A DNA stretch of 64,000 bases. It comes from an uncultured delta proteobacterium. GTDB lineage: Bacteria; Desulfobacterota; Desulfuromonadia; Desulfuromonadales; JACZKF01. The translations under genes were made by a program, and so were the position numbers. A model generated the notes under the pieces. That model did no database searches. It was not told where the DNA came from and saw only the letters and a program-made list of their open reading frames with translations. Of this stretch, positions 42,076 through 52,024 are shown piece by piece (positions within the stretch are counted from its first letter, which is position 1; each line of letters begins with the position of its first letter). Location: contig CAWFKQ010000007.1 in NCBI GenBank assembly GCA_963816395.1, forward strand, positions 32,001 to 96,000, written 5' to 3'.

Positions 42076-43169
42076 ACCTCTACGTACTCGCGACAGATGC
42101 GGTCCAGGGAGAATTCGCGAGAACGGGCCATTAGACTTTCTCGATCGGCCTTTCCATCCAGAACGGCAGCGATTTTCGCCGCCATTGCGGGGATATCTCC
42201 GACTGGGACCATCTCCCCGAGTTCGCCACCTTTGAGGATCTCCCGGGGGCCGCTCGGACAGTCGGTGCTGACAACCGGACAGCCGCAGGCCATCGCCTGC
42301 AGCAGCACATTCGGCAATCCTTCCCAGGCCGAAGAGAGGACGAATACCTTTGCCCGCCGCATATAAGCGTAAGGATTGCGTACAAACCCGGGGAGACGCA
42401 CACGCCCCAGCAAACCCAACTCATCGACTATGCGTTCGAGATTTTTTCGTTGTGAACCTTCCCCGAGGATGAGCAGGTGCGCCGGACGCTGCCGCTGCAA
42501 CAGGGCGAAAGCCCGGATCAGGGTACCGAAATCTTTCTGCGACTCGAGCTTTCCCACCGCGAGGATCACAGGGGGGCAGTCCGGCTCGAACCAATCCATA
42601 CCAGGCGTCTCGCCGGTGCATTCGGGCGGAATAAGGACTGGATTATAGATCACCTTTGTCCGTGCCTCCGGAAAGCCGGCGAATTCCCTCAGGTCCTGAG
42701 CCACTCCGTTGGAAACGGCTATGATGCCGTCGGCCAAGGGATAGCTGAGTCGAATGGCCATCAGCAAAAGGCGGCCAGCCCGGGATTCGGCTCGATTGAG
42801 CGTCATCGACAGCGTGTTCGCCTGACGGATGAATACCCGGGTTCCGGCCCTGCTCAGTTTTCCTGCCAGGGCGGCCACGATGTTGCACGTATTCAGACTG
42901 GAGATCAGCACGTCGGGTCGGCGCCGGCGCAGGTAGTCCATCAGGCGTGGCAGCGAGTAAATGTTGCGCCGGCACTTCAGATCAAAGATCCTGGCGTTCG
43001 GGGGCACCTCCGTCAGCAGCGGGCCGGTCGCCCGGGTCATCACCAGGTCGACACGATGCCCTTCCGCCAGCAATCCCTCCGCCAGATGTAGAAAGACCCG
43101 CTCGGCGCCGCCGCCATTCAGTGCAGGAAGGAAGAATGCAAAATGTCGAGTCGCATTATTCATCCTCAA
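42066..43169 (-). CDS. Glycosyltransferase family 4
   Basis: GGAERV, SAWEGLPNVLLQAMACG. Confidence 0.9.
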   Translation of the reverse strand: MRMNNATRHFAFFLPALNGGGAERVFLHLAEGLLAEGHRVDLVMTRATGPLLTEVPPNARIFDLKCRRNIYSLPRLMDYLRRRRPDVLISSLNTCNIVAALAGKLSRAGTRVFIRQANTLSMTLNRAESRAGRLLLMAIRLSYPLADGIIAVSNGVAQDLREFAGFPEARTKVIYNPVLIPPECTGETPGMDWFEPDCPPVILAVGKLESQKDFGTLIRAFALLQRQRPAHLLILGEGSQRKNLERIVDELGLLGRVRLPGFVRNPYAYMRRAKVFVLSSAWEGLPNVLLQAMACGCPVVSTDCPSGPREILKGGELGEMVPVGDIPAMAAKIAAVLDGKADRESLMARSREFSLDRICREYVEVCR

Positions 43170-44530
43170 TGCCCCTCCACACTACAAATGGTATAGCGGT
43201 ACTTGCCGGATTCGGTGACGGGGATCTCGGGTACGAAGGCGTAATCGACCCGGCACTCTTCTCCCATCACGAGGCGGATATGGCGAATGATCTCCTCCAT
43301 ATCCGATACCTGCTTCGCCTCCGACTCCGTCGCAGTCTCCTCCGGGGCGACGAGGATACTGATCCGCTCGTAATCGGTCTGGTGTACCAGAAACTGGCGG
43401 ATCCAAGGGCGAAAGTAGAACTCGTGGGTGAAGTATTCCCCATGAACGATGCTGCCGTCGCGAGCAATGAAAGAGTCGGAGACTCTTCCCGAAACCTCCT
43501 GCAACAGCGGCCACTCGCGCCCGCAGAGACAAGATTCCTTCGCCCATGCTCCGCGGTCGCCGATACGGTATCGAATCAGAGGCATCGCAAAGTTCGCAAG
43601 AGATGTCACTACGATCTCCCCGATCTCTCCCGGCCCGGCGGCTGTTCCATCGGGGCGCAGGATTTCCACGAAGTGAGTCGGCAGGGCCACATGCAACCCC
43701 CTATGAGCCTCGCACTCGCAGGCGATATCACCTACTTCCCGTGAACCATAACGGTTGAATACCGGAGCCTGAAAAACGGCCTCGATCGTCTGGCGCACCG
43801 ATTCGAAGAGGGTCCCGGCGGTGACCATCACACTCGACGGGGAATGAACCCGCAGTCCCGCGCGCCGAATGAAACGGGCGAGTTGATAGGCGCTCTCAAC
43901 ATAGGCAAGGATCTGCACCGGACGAAAATCGTTGATGTGACGCACATAATCACGCATCTGCGCTGGCGTCATGCGGAAGGCATTCAGCCAAAGTTCTTGC
44001 CGCAGCCATCGCCCAAGCCGCACCCGGACCGTTTCCCGGCCGACAAACAGATCCCGCGTCGATCCCCAGAGTTTGACCTGCCTCCCGCCGAAACCGTGCC
44101 CCGACCACTCGTTAAAGAGGTATTTGATGGCCTGTTTCCGGACGGCATATTCGCGGTCCTGCAGGAACCGGACGGGGTTCCCAGTGGAGCCACCAGAGGT
44201 ATTGGCGTAGATACGCCGGCCGTTCTCGAACGGAGCCGCCAGTTCGTTGAATCGATGGCGCAGAATTTCCTTGTCTAGCAATGGGATCGCGGGCCAACAG
44301 TCCATCCGAATCCTGCCGTTCCCTACTATGCCGGACTCTGGCAGCAGATTCCGGTAATAGGGAACCTCAGTAGCGGCGAATTTTAGCAAATCGGCAAGCA
44401 ATTGCAGTTGGAGGTCGCTGCAGCTGTGGGCTGGCAGGTGCTGCCACGCTCGATACTGCCGCAGCCACTCGCGGGAAGCACCGCGCCGATTTAGAATACT
44501 GGAGTAAATCCTCGTCTTCAGCCCTTCCAT
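43166..44530 (-). CDS. CapK-like adenylate-forming enzyme (phenylacetate-CoA ligase family)
   Basis: TSGGSTGNP, RYGSRE, PLIRYRIGD, SGKYR. Confidence 0.85.
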   Translation of the reverse strand: MEGLKTRIYSSILNRRGASREWLRQYRAWQHLPAHSCSDLQLQLLADLLKFAATEVPYYRNLLPESGIVGNGRIRMDCWPAIPLLDKEILRHRFNELAAPFENGRRIYANTSGGSTGNPVRFLQDREYAVRKQAIKYLFNEWSGHGFGGRQVKLWGSTRDLFVGRETVRVRLGRWLRQELWLNAFRMTPAQMRDYVRHINDFRPVQILAYVESAYQLARFIRRAGLRVHSPSSVMVTAGTLFESVRQTIEAVFQAPVFNRYGSREVGDIACECEAHRGLHVALPTHFVEILRPDGTAAGPGEIGEIVVTSLANFAMPLIRYRIGDRGAWAKESCLCGREWPLLQEVSGRVSDSFIARDGSIVHGEYFTHEFYFRPWIRQFLVHQTDYERISILVAPEETATESEAKQVSDMEEIIRHIRLVMGEECRVDYAFVPEIPVTESGKYRYTICSVEGH

Positions 44531-44549
44531 TCCCCCCCCTATCGGCCGT

Positions 44550-45885
44550 TCACCCGTTTCCAGCCTTCTGCAGGATCGGTTTAAGTGCCGATCGTAAAGA
44601 GTCGTTGATAAAGTCGAAATCTGATCTCTTTAGGCGAAAGATGTACGCCGCCCGGAAACCGCTGTGGCGAAGAAAGAAGAACATCAGGATGGCGAAACTC
44701 ACCAGATAGCTGCCGACCACGCCGATCGCAGCGCCAAGCAACCCCAGGCGCGGCAGAAGCAGATATAGTAGGGCAACGTTCGACAAGGCGCCGGCCGCAA
44801 CGCTTAGAGAGGCCGTCCCCGGGCGATTGGTCCCGAGCAGATACGGTTCAAGGACCTTGGAACCGCAGCGCAGCATCATCCCGAACGCCAGAATTTGAAT
44901 CACCGGCACTGCCGGCAAAAAAAGCAGGGGAGAAAAGGATAATCACCAGCGGGTGCGCCAACAGCGCAAGCACCAGGAGAAGAAAACCGCAGGTCATGGT
45001 AGTGAGACGAAAACATTGAGCAACGAGGTCCTTGCGGCCTTCCTGGTCACCAGCAATCCGGGGGCTCAGAACCTTGGTGAGAGAATCGGGGATGATCATG
45101 ATCTGGGTCATCAACTGTATCGCCACCGCGAACATCCCGATTTCGGCCGGCGCCGAAAAAAATGCCATAATCATCGTTCCCATCTGGACATTGACTTGGT
45201 TGCTCACCTTCCCCACGTAATATTTGCTTCCGTAAACGAGAATCTTCTTCATTCCGTCGACTGTGGGGCGAGCCCATCCTGCATTGAACCTGATACGCAA
45301 GAGGTAAAGAGCCAATAATACAGTGAGCCCTTGACTAAGGAAGTTCGCCCAAAGGGCGCCCTCAACCCCTGCTCTAAACAACCAAACGAGGGTCAAGGTG
45401 AAGATGAGATTCGAAACGGCGCTCAAAACCGCAATGGTGGAAAAACAGGCAACCTCCTTCAGGGCAACAATCAGCCGCTGAAAACCGGAGGTAAATACAC
45501 CACAGGGGATGGTCGCGATCGCTATGTAGAATTGTGCTCGCGTGGCCTTGGAAAGAAATTCGAAGGGAAACTGTAGAATGATCAGCCCCGCCGTAACCGC
45601 CAACAGAGAACCGATCAGGCCGTAGATGATGGTGTAGACGAGTCCTTCAGACAAAGTGAACCGTCTGGAAGCGACAAAATAGAGACTCGCCGAATCGCAC
45701 CCTAGAAGAAAGACAAGGGTCAGCATTGCTCCGAAAAGAATGCAGACGGCATAGGCGCCGCGCCCGCTCGGCCCCAGAATCCAGGCAAGGCAACTCTGCC
45801 CACCAAGGGCTGTCGCCAGTACGACGATACGGGAAATAAACGTAACGCCGAAATCGAAAAAGGCTACTCCCGCTTTTTTCTCCAA
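44550..45885 (-). CDS. wzx: Wzx oligosaccharide flippase; frameshift at homopolymer near 44920
   Basis: Many TM helices, LGPSGRG.YA N-terminal pattern; start approximate. Confidence 0.8.
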
Positions 45886-45941
45886 AGGCTAGTCCTATCA
45901 ACAGCCTGTTCCCGCCATCGGGAGCTGCTGTTGTGATTTTT

Positions 45942-46871
45942 TTAATTCTCCTGCAACCAGGGCATCCGTGCACGGATTCCCCGCCACCTCATGCCACGTA
46001 CGCCATTGAAGACCCAGCGACCGAAGGAGATGCTGAGAAGTAAAAGGTAAAATTCAGGCCGCTTCCAATCGATTGCAATTGCCTGCCGGATCTCAGCACG
46101 GCTTTTCGCCAATTCACCCTGGAGCGCATAGAGATGGCCGTTTCGGAAATAGAACTGCGCCAAGGCCCTTGGGTCCTGTTGCAAATCCGGGGCGATCTTG
46201 AGAAACAGCCGCTGCCTGGCGGTCAGTTTCTTTCCTATATCACTGCTGATACGATGGGAATGGACGTAGATAGTGGCCAGGCTTTCCCGGAGGAAATCTA
46301 TCTGCCCAATCCTGGCAACGCGCAGCCACAGGTCCCAGTCCTGGCAGCTTGGTAGATCTGGATCAAAGGCGCCGGTCCTCTCGATGATCTCCCGGGTCAG
46401 CAGGACGGTCGAGGTGGGACCGACATGGTTGGCCGTGAGGAGATCGGAGAAAAGATCTCCTCGGCGGCTCGGCACCCGTGACTTGATCAGTTCCCCGGAG
46501 GCCTGATCGACATAACGGCATCCGGTGTAAATTAGATCAGCCTGGGTGTTCTTGGCTGCCTTCACCTGCAGATCCAATTTCTCGTCGTCCCAAGAGTCAT
46601 CGTCATCAATAAAAGCAATATACTTTCCTTTTGCCTGTTCTATTCCGATATTTCTAGCCTGAGATCCGCCCTTCGATGAAGAATTCCGGAAATACTTTAT
46701 ACGCTTATCGGCAATTACCGCTATGACTATATCTGTTCCATCCGTGCTGCCGTCATCGATGATAATGAATTCAAAGTTCTTGAATGACTGGCACAAAACG
46801 CTTCTGATCGATCTCTCTACAAGCTTGGCTCGATTGCAGGTAGGCATAATCACACTTACTTCGGGAACCAT
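45942..46871 (-). CDS. Glycosyltransferase family 2
   Basis: VSVIMPT, IIDDGSTD, ARNIG, FIDDDD, QDWDLW. Confidence 0.92.
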   Translation of the reverse strand: MVPEVSVIMPTCNRAKLVERSIRSVLCQSFKNFEFIIIDDGSTDGTDIVIAVIADKRIKYFRNSSSKGGSQARNIGIEQAKGKYIAFIDDDDSWDDEKLDLQVKAAKNTQADLIYTGCRYVDQASGELIKSRVPSRRGDLFSDLLTANHVGPTSTVLLTREIIERTGAFDPDLPSCQDWDLWLRVARIGQIDFLRESLATIYVHSHRISSDIGKKLTARQRLFLKIAPDLQQDPRALAQFYFRNGHLYALQGELAKSRAEIRQAIAIDWKRPEFYLLLLSISFGRWVFNGVRGMRWRGIRARMPWLQEN

Positions 46872-46992
46872 TCCTGATTAATCTCCTAAAAAGTCATGAT
46901 TCTTGAGTGGAGGCCTGCGGAGAACTTACCATCCGGAATATTTTTAATTAAAGTCCAAGCGCCTAATAAAGTGCATGTGAAATTTTTCATTA

Positions 46993-47022
46993 CTAATATT
47001 CCTCGGATTTCGTCCTTGTCAA
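46993..47022 (-). promoter_or_regulatory. Possible sigma-70 promoter for the glycosyltransferase block
   Basis: Minus strand TTGACA-N18-TATTAG in an AT-rich intergenic region. Confidence 0.4.
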
Positions 47023-47110
47023 GGAAGGGCAAAGCGACGAAATCGTGTGGATGGGGTGGAAAACCAAAAGAAGGCGGGAAAGACCCGGGTTCCGAAACAA
47101 AAAAAACATT

Positions 47111-48322
47111 TCAAGGCTGTTTTAGGAGAGAAAAAATCATCCCGGCGGGGATATAGATACTGCGGGGGTGTTCAGGGTCGGGTTCAACCGACCGATAAAT
47201 CTTCTCTGAAACGGCCAGGATCTTTCCGGTGCTGTCCCACCTGCCCATCATTGTCCAAGGCGATATGGCGAACCTTTCGATCTTTTCTTTAGGGACGCCG
47301 CTGCCATCGATCTTAAACGGCATAACATCCACGATCTTCCCGTCGCCGATTACGAAATATACTAGAGTGACGGCGATCCGATCCATGTACCCCGGCTCTC
47401 CGAAAATGCTAAACCCTTCTGCCGTCAGGTCCGCAGCCGCCTGCACGGTATATCTCGCATAATGACAGGGTTGGGCGCCGAACGAGGTCTCCCCCAGGAT
47501 CGGCATCCCGTGGTCCCACATGGCCGCTACTCCAATCGGGGTGGGCACCTCGCGGATCTGCGATTGAATGATAAGGGCCATTCGCAAGGCCTCGTCTTCA
47601 TAACTTTTTTCCCCCGTCAGGCGGGCCATGTAATAGTGATATCGAATCCACTGCACATAGACATGCGTCAGCTTCTTTTCAAGAAAAGGAAACCCGCTTG
47701 GAACGTGTTTGCGCCTCCGCCATTTCGCCTCGAACTGGTTCTTCAGATAATTCGTCCAGAAATGTGCCCTTTCGGCATAGCGTGGATCAAGATCGCGGTT
47801 GATGTAAAAGGCATATGCCATACTGGCGACTAGCGCGTGCGAAAGCATCTCATCCATCTCGTGCGCATCGGTCCCGATATATTCTGGATCGTGATTGTAA
47901 AGCCAGTTCACGTAGCCATCGACCTCAGGTTGTTTCCCACCTTTTTTCAGAACAGACCAGTCCCGAAGTTGTCCCCGCATCAATTCTGAAAGACGGCCCA
48001 CCTCATCCAGAAGCCTTCGGTCACCCGTAACCCGCAGAACCTGCAAAATCGAAGTTATGTGGGTATTCAAAGCTCGGCCATAATTGTACGTGTCATTGCT
48101 GCGGGCAAGTTCCGTGGCGTTGAGATACTGATTGCTGTTCTGCAGCCCGGCCCAAAAACGGTCGTACCACAACCGGACCGACGGCGACAGCCGCTCGCGG
48201 CTGAAATCGGGGTCTATACGCAGTGAAAGAGAAGAACGACTTGGTCCAGTCGCTGTCGTAGCAACAGTAGGCAAGGTGGTAAAAAGGGAAAGAATCAGCG
48301 TAACGACAATGATCCGGAGCAT
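47111..48322 (-). CDS. Secreted hypothetical protein, paralog of the C-terminal domain of the upstream lipoprotein
   Basis: Signal peptide; aromatic-rich helical domain sharing long identical blocks with 48460..51264. Confidence 0.85.
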   Translation of the reverse strand: MLRIIVVTLILSLFTTLPTVATTATGPSRSSLSLRIDPDFSRERLSPSVRLWYDRFWAGLQNSNQYLNATELARSNDTYNYGRALNTHITSILQVLRVTGDRRLLDEVGRLSELMRGQLRDWSVLKKGGKQPEVDGYVNWLYNHDPEYIGTDAHEMDEMLSHALVASMAYAFYINRDLDPRYAERAHFWTNYLKNQFEAKWRRRKHVPSGFPFLEKKLTHVYVQWIRYHYYMARLTGEKSYEDEALRMALIIQSQIREVPTPIGVAAMWDHGMPILGETSFGAQPCHYARYTVQAAADLTAEGFSIFGEPGYMDRIAVTLVYFVIGDGKIVDVMPFKIDGSGVPKEKIERFAISPWTMMGRWDSTGKILAVSEKIYRSVEPDPEHPRSIYIPAGMIFSLLKQP

Positions 48323-48396
48323 GGAGGCTCCTCCACCTCAATGGAGAATTTTCTCTCCAATAACAGACTCTGATAACAAATCAAGTATTCACGAAT

Positions 48397-48431
48397 AAAA
48401 AAAAGACCCCCTCCATTGGTCGGAGGGGGTC
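48397..48431 (-). terminator. Rho-independent terminator after the large lipoprotein
   Basis: Minus strand gaccccctcc-loop-ggagggggtc followed by T8. Confidence 0.8.
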
Positions 48432-48459
48432 ACGGCAGCCAGTAAATCCAGCGAGATGA

Positions 48460-51264
48460 TTAGCGCATCAGCATGTAGAGCATGCCGGCGGGGAAATAGA
48501 TCCGCCGCGGGTTGTCCGGAGAAGATTCGATCGACTTGTAGACACGCTCGGTTTCACTCTGGATTTTCCCCGTATTGTCCCAACGCCCCAGCATCGCCCA
48601 TGGTGAAATGGAATAACGGTCGTAAGATTCGGCGGTTCCGCTGCCATCGATATTGCCGGCGTAGGAACTGGTAGAATTCATGATGAAATAGGACAAAGTA
48701 TTTGCCATACGGTTCATAAACCCGGTCTGGCCGAAAATGTTGAAGCCTTCGGCAGCGAGATCAGCAGCCGCTTGTACCGTGTAGCGGGCATAATGGGTCG
48801 GTTGAGGCCCATAAGTGGAACTGGCCCCTACAAGCGTCATGCCATGGTACCAGAAATCCGCCGTTCCGATCGGCGTGGAAACCTGCTGGATCTCGTCCTG
48901 GATGTTCCCGGCCATGCGCACCGCCTCATCCATGTAGGCCTGATTACCTGTCAACTTGGCCATGTAATAATGGTAGCGAATCCACTGAAGGTAAGCGTGC
49001 GTCAGTTCTTTTGTAAGGAACGGAAAGCCGGTAGGAATGTTTTTGCGCTTGCGCCATTTGGCTTCGAATTGATTTTTCAGGTAATCGGTCCAGAACTGCG
49101 CTCGCTCAGCGTAGCGCGAGTCGAGGTCCCGGTTGACATAGAAAGCATACGCGAAGGAGGCAACCAATGAATGGGCGAGCATCTCATCCATTTGTTGAAC
49201 GTCCGTTCCGATATATCCGGCATCGTAATTGTAAAGCCAGTTGAGATATCCATCGGCCTGATACACTGTACCGTCTTTGGTCAAAATCGACCAGTCCTTG
49301 AGCTGAGCGCGCATCAACTGAGCCAACCGGTCTACCTCATCCAGAAGCCGCCGGTCGCCGGTGAGCCGGAAGACCTGCAGGATAGTCGTAATGTGCGTAT
49401 TTAGCGGCCGGCCGTAGTTGTAGGTATCGTTGCTGCTGGCCAGACTCGTTGCATTGGGGTACTGGCTGGGATTCTGCAGAGAGGCCAGGAATCGGTCGTA
49501 CCAGAGACGCACCTCGGGAGACAGGCTATCCTCGGTGAAATTTGGATCCACACGGAGAGAAAGAGCTGTCCGGGTGGTCGGTGTCGGGGGGGTAGGGGTA
49601 GGGGTCGGCGACGGATCGGTAGTTACCGAACCCGCCGTAGCACACACCTTGTTTGACTTTGGAAACTGGTTCGGATCAATCTGCAGAAACCGACCTTCGA
49701 TCTCGAAACAATGCTCCACGCCGGTAGTCAGGCCGCTGAGGACTTCGTTCAATGAGGTGGTCCGATTGGTGGCATTGGTATCCACGCCATCGATCCAGGT
49801 GTCATAACCTCCGCTCGGCAATTCCCCATCCTGCGACCAGTTGAGAACGAAACTGGTGCCATTGGTGGTGACCGAATCGAGGACCGGCGCGGGGTAGGTC
49901 ACGGGCGTCGGGGTCGGCGTGGGAGTCGGATCCGGTGGGAGTCGGTCCGGGGTCGGCGTGGGGGTCGGGTCCGGAGTGGGTGCCGCAACGTCGTTGGCGG
50001 TCACCGTCACCACGCTGGCGGCACTGTCGTTTTTGCCGTCGTTCACCACCAGGCTGACCTGGTAGCTGCCGGCAAGGTCGGCGACAAAGGTGGGAGTGGC
50101 CGCCGACGCATTGGAAAACGCCGCGGCGCTTCCCGCCGGTTTGGCCACAAAGGACCACTTATAGGTGAGAGGATCGCCGTCGGGATCGGAGCTGCCGGTG
50201 CCGTTCAGCTGCACGGTGTCGCCGGCCATAACGCTCTGGGGCCCGCTCGCCACGGCGACCGGCGGCGTATTCTTGCCGACGTTTTTCCCTGCATTTTTGT
50301 TCCAACTCTCCAGCATCACCACCGGCACTTCCTCGGGCTGCACATTCGGCAGCTGGCCGGCGGCGATGGCGTTTTCCACGCTATCCTGGCCCCTGTTCTC
50401 CTGGGCATAGTAGAACAGCATCAGGTCCGGCGCCGCACCCATGACATAGGAGGCCTCGCTGACCGGATCGAGAGTGGGATCGGCTTTCATGCCGGTCACC
50501 ATATCTTCGACAATGGCGGTCGCCGACTGCACGAAAAGGGCGGCGCGTTCCGCAGCGGGGACCATCGATGCCACCTGGGAATCGGCCGTCACCTGTGAGA
50601 AGCTATCCTGGTTCAGAACGGACTTGACCATGGCGACCACTTGCGTAAACCGGTCGCTGCTGTTCGCCATGTCGGCTCCGTTCATACCGTAATTTCCGTT
50701 GATGGCGAGAAAGGCGTTGATCGCCAGGTTGGCTTGCAGCCGGAGGATGTTCTGGTCGCTGATGGTCGAGGCTCCGCCCACGCCCGCCATCGGGTCGGCG
50801 AGCAGGTCATCCCCGGTCACTCCGGCGATGCCGGCACCTTTGAGCGCGGCAAGGAGTTCGTCTGCCGTCATGCCGTTGGCGAGCAGGGTGGTAATCGGCG
50901 AAACCACCAGCGGCTCCTGTCCCGCGACGATCCGCTTCAGGATGCCGTTAAAGGGCATTCCGTTATGCTGCCCCTGGGCTCCCGGCTTCATCTGGATGGT
51001 GGAGCCGGCGGTCAAAGGTTTGGAAAAAGTGAAATGTCCCTGCTGGTCGGAAGGGGTTGATTCCTGCAGCGCTGCCCCGCCCTGGGCCGGAATCTCCTGG
51101 AATACGGAGCCGACGAAATAGGGATCAACCGCGGTGCCGCTGGTCGGCCCAACCGGACCGGCCGATGTTCCCCCTCCTCCGCCTCCGCCGCCGCATCCGG
51201 CGAAAGCGAGAACCGCCAAGGCGGTTATCACCACACTGATCCATCTGCTGATACTTCTCTTCAT
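48460..51264 (-). CDS. Large multidomain lipoprotein: PKD/Ig-like domain, Pro/Thr linkers, FnIII-like domain and unassigned C-terminal domain
   Basis: Lipobox FAGC + poly-Gly; LNGTGSSDPDGDPLTYKW (PKD); PTPDPTPTP linkers. Confidence 0.85.
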   Translation of the reverse strand: MKRSISRWISVVITALAVLAFAGCGGGGGGGGTSAGPVGPTSGTAVDPYFVGSVFQEIPAQGGAALQESTPSDQQGHFTFSKPLTAGSTIQMKPGAQGQHNGMPFNGILKRIVAGQEPLVVSPITTLLANGMTADELLAALKGAGIAGVTGDDLLADPMAGVGGASTISDQNILRLQANLAINAFLAINGNYGMNGADMANSSDRFTQVVAMVKSVLNQDSFSQVTADSQVASMVPAAERAALFVQSATAIVEDMVTGMKADPTLDPVSEASYVMGAAPDLMLFYYAQENRGQDSVENAIAAGQLPNVQPEEVPVVMLESWNKNAGKNVGKNTPPVAVASGPQSVMAGDTVQLNGTGSSDPDGDPLTYKWSFVAKPAGSAAAFSNASAATPTFVADLAGSYQVSLVVNDGKNDSAASVVTVTANDVAAPTPDPTPTPTPDRLPPDPTPTPTPTPVTYPAPVLDSVTTNGTSFVLNWSQDGELPSGGYDTWIDGVDTNATNRTTSLNEVLSGLTTGVEHCFEIEGRFLQIDPNQFPKSNKVCATAGSVTTDPSPTPTPTPPTPTTRTALSLRVDPNFTEDSLSPEVRLWYDRFLASLQNPSQYPNATSLASSNDTYNYGRPLNTHITTILQVFRLTGDRRLLDEVDRLAQLMRAQLKDWSILTKDGTVYQADGYLNWLYNYDAGYIGTDVQQMDEMLAHSLVASFAYAFYVNRDLDSRYAERAQFWTDYLKNQFEAKWRKRKNIPTGFPFLTKELTHAYLQWIRYHYYMAKLTGNQAYMDEAVRMAGNIQDEIQQVSTPIGTADFWYHGMTLVGASSTYGPQPTHYARYTVQAAADLAAEGFNIFGQTGFMNRMANTLSYFIMNSTSSYAGNIDGSGTAESYDRYSISPWAMLGRWDNTGKIQSETERVYKSIESSPDNPRRIYFPAGMLYMLMR

Positions 51265-51337
51265 GCTTACACTCCTTTTGCTCTGATTTTCCATTTAAGA
51301 GGACAACGCCGATGTCCTTGGCGCAGGAGTGCACTTG

Positions 51338-51354
51338 TGCTAGATGGATGCCAA
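51338..51354 (-). promoter_or_regulatory. Sigma-54 promoter for the lipoprotein gene
   Basis: Minus strand TTGGCATCCATCTAGCA (GG-N10-GC); exact IHF consensus AATCAAGACATTA at 51441-51453. Confidence 0.6.
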
Positions 51355-51769
51355 GCGGTAATTTTTCGATCAATAGATGAAGAGGGAGTTCATTGGATTT
51401 TTGATAAGAAAGAACAAGCGGTTAATATCATTGTCTGCTCAATCAAGACATTAAATTTATTTTTACATTTACAAAAGTGATTGATTATTAAAAGGAAGTT
51501 ATCGCCGAGATGAAGAAGGTAGGCCTTCCGGAAACAATCAGCGGAAAATTGTCATAGGGGTGCGCAATATGACGGATGGGAAGTAAAACTTTTGTTTGAT
51601 AAGGGGATTAAATGTGGAAATCAGGGATTTTAACCAGTTTCGATCTGGCGCACGGCGGCGCTTGATCTGACCGTTTGGAAATGGGGCTCCAAGGCTATCT
51701 TTGAGTCAAACAGGGGAATTCGGCCGGGATCCGGCAGATCGGCTGATGTTGAGGAATGGCAGGGCAGAA

Positions 51770-51848
51770 GGGAGGTCCCAACCTCCTCCTTGAAGGAGGA
51801 GGAGCTAAAACCCCCTCCCCTTCAGGGGCAGGGAGGGGATGGGTATGG
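51770..51848. repeat. REP-like double hairpin (ctcctccttgaaggaggag; cccctccccttcagggg)
   Basis: Two related inverted repeats with TGAA/TCA loops. Confidence 0.5.
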
Positions 51849-51881
51849 AAACCTGGCAAAGGATTAACCGAGAAAAAGCAG

Positions 51882-52004
51882 TCTCACGCGACGAACGCAA
51901 CGAACGCGACGTAAAATCAGAAGGTTATCAGAATAGACCTTTCGCCTGTCCGGCGAGAATGATGTAAGACTTTGATTTCGTTGCGTTCGTTGCGGCTTGC
52001 GCGA
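51882..52004. repeat. Intergenic palindromic element of CGAACGCAA units downstream of gltX
   Basis: cgcaacgaacgcgacg pairs with cgttgcgttcgttgcg. Confidence 0.7.
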
Positions 52005-52024
52005 TCAACTGCCGTTTTTAGGAA

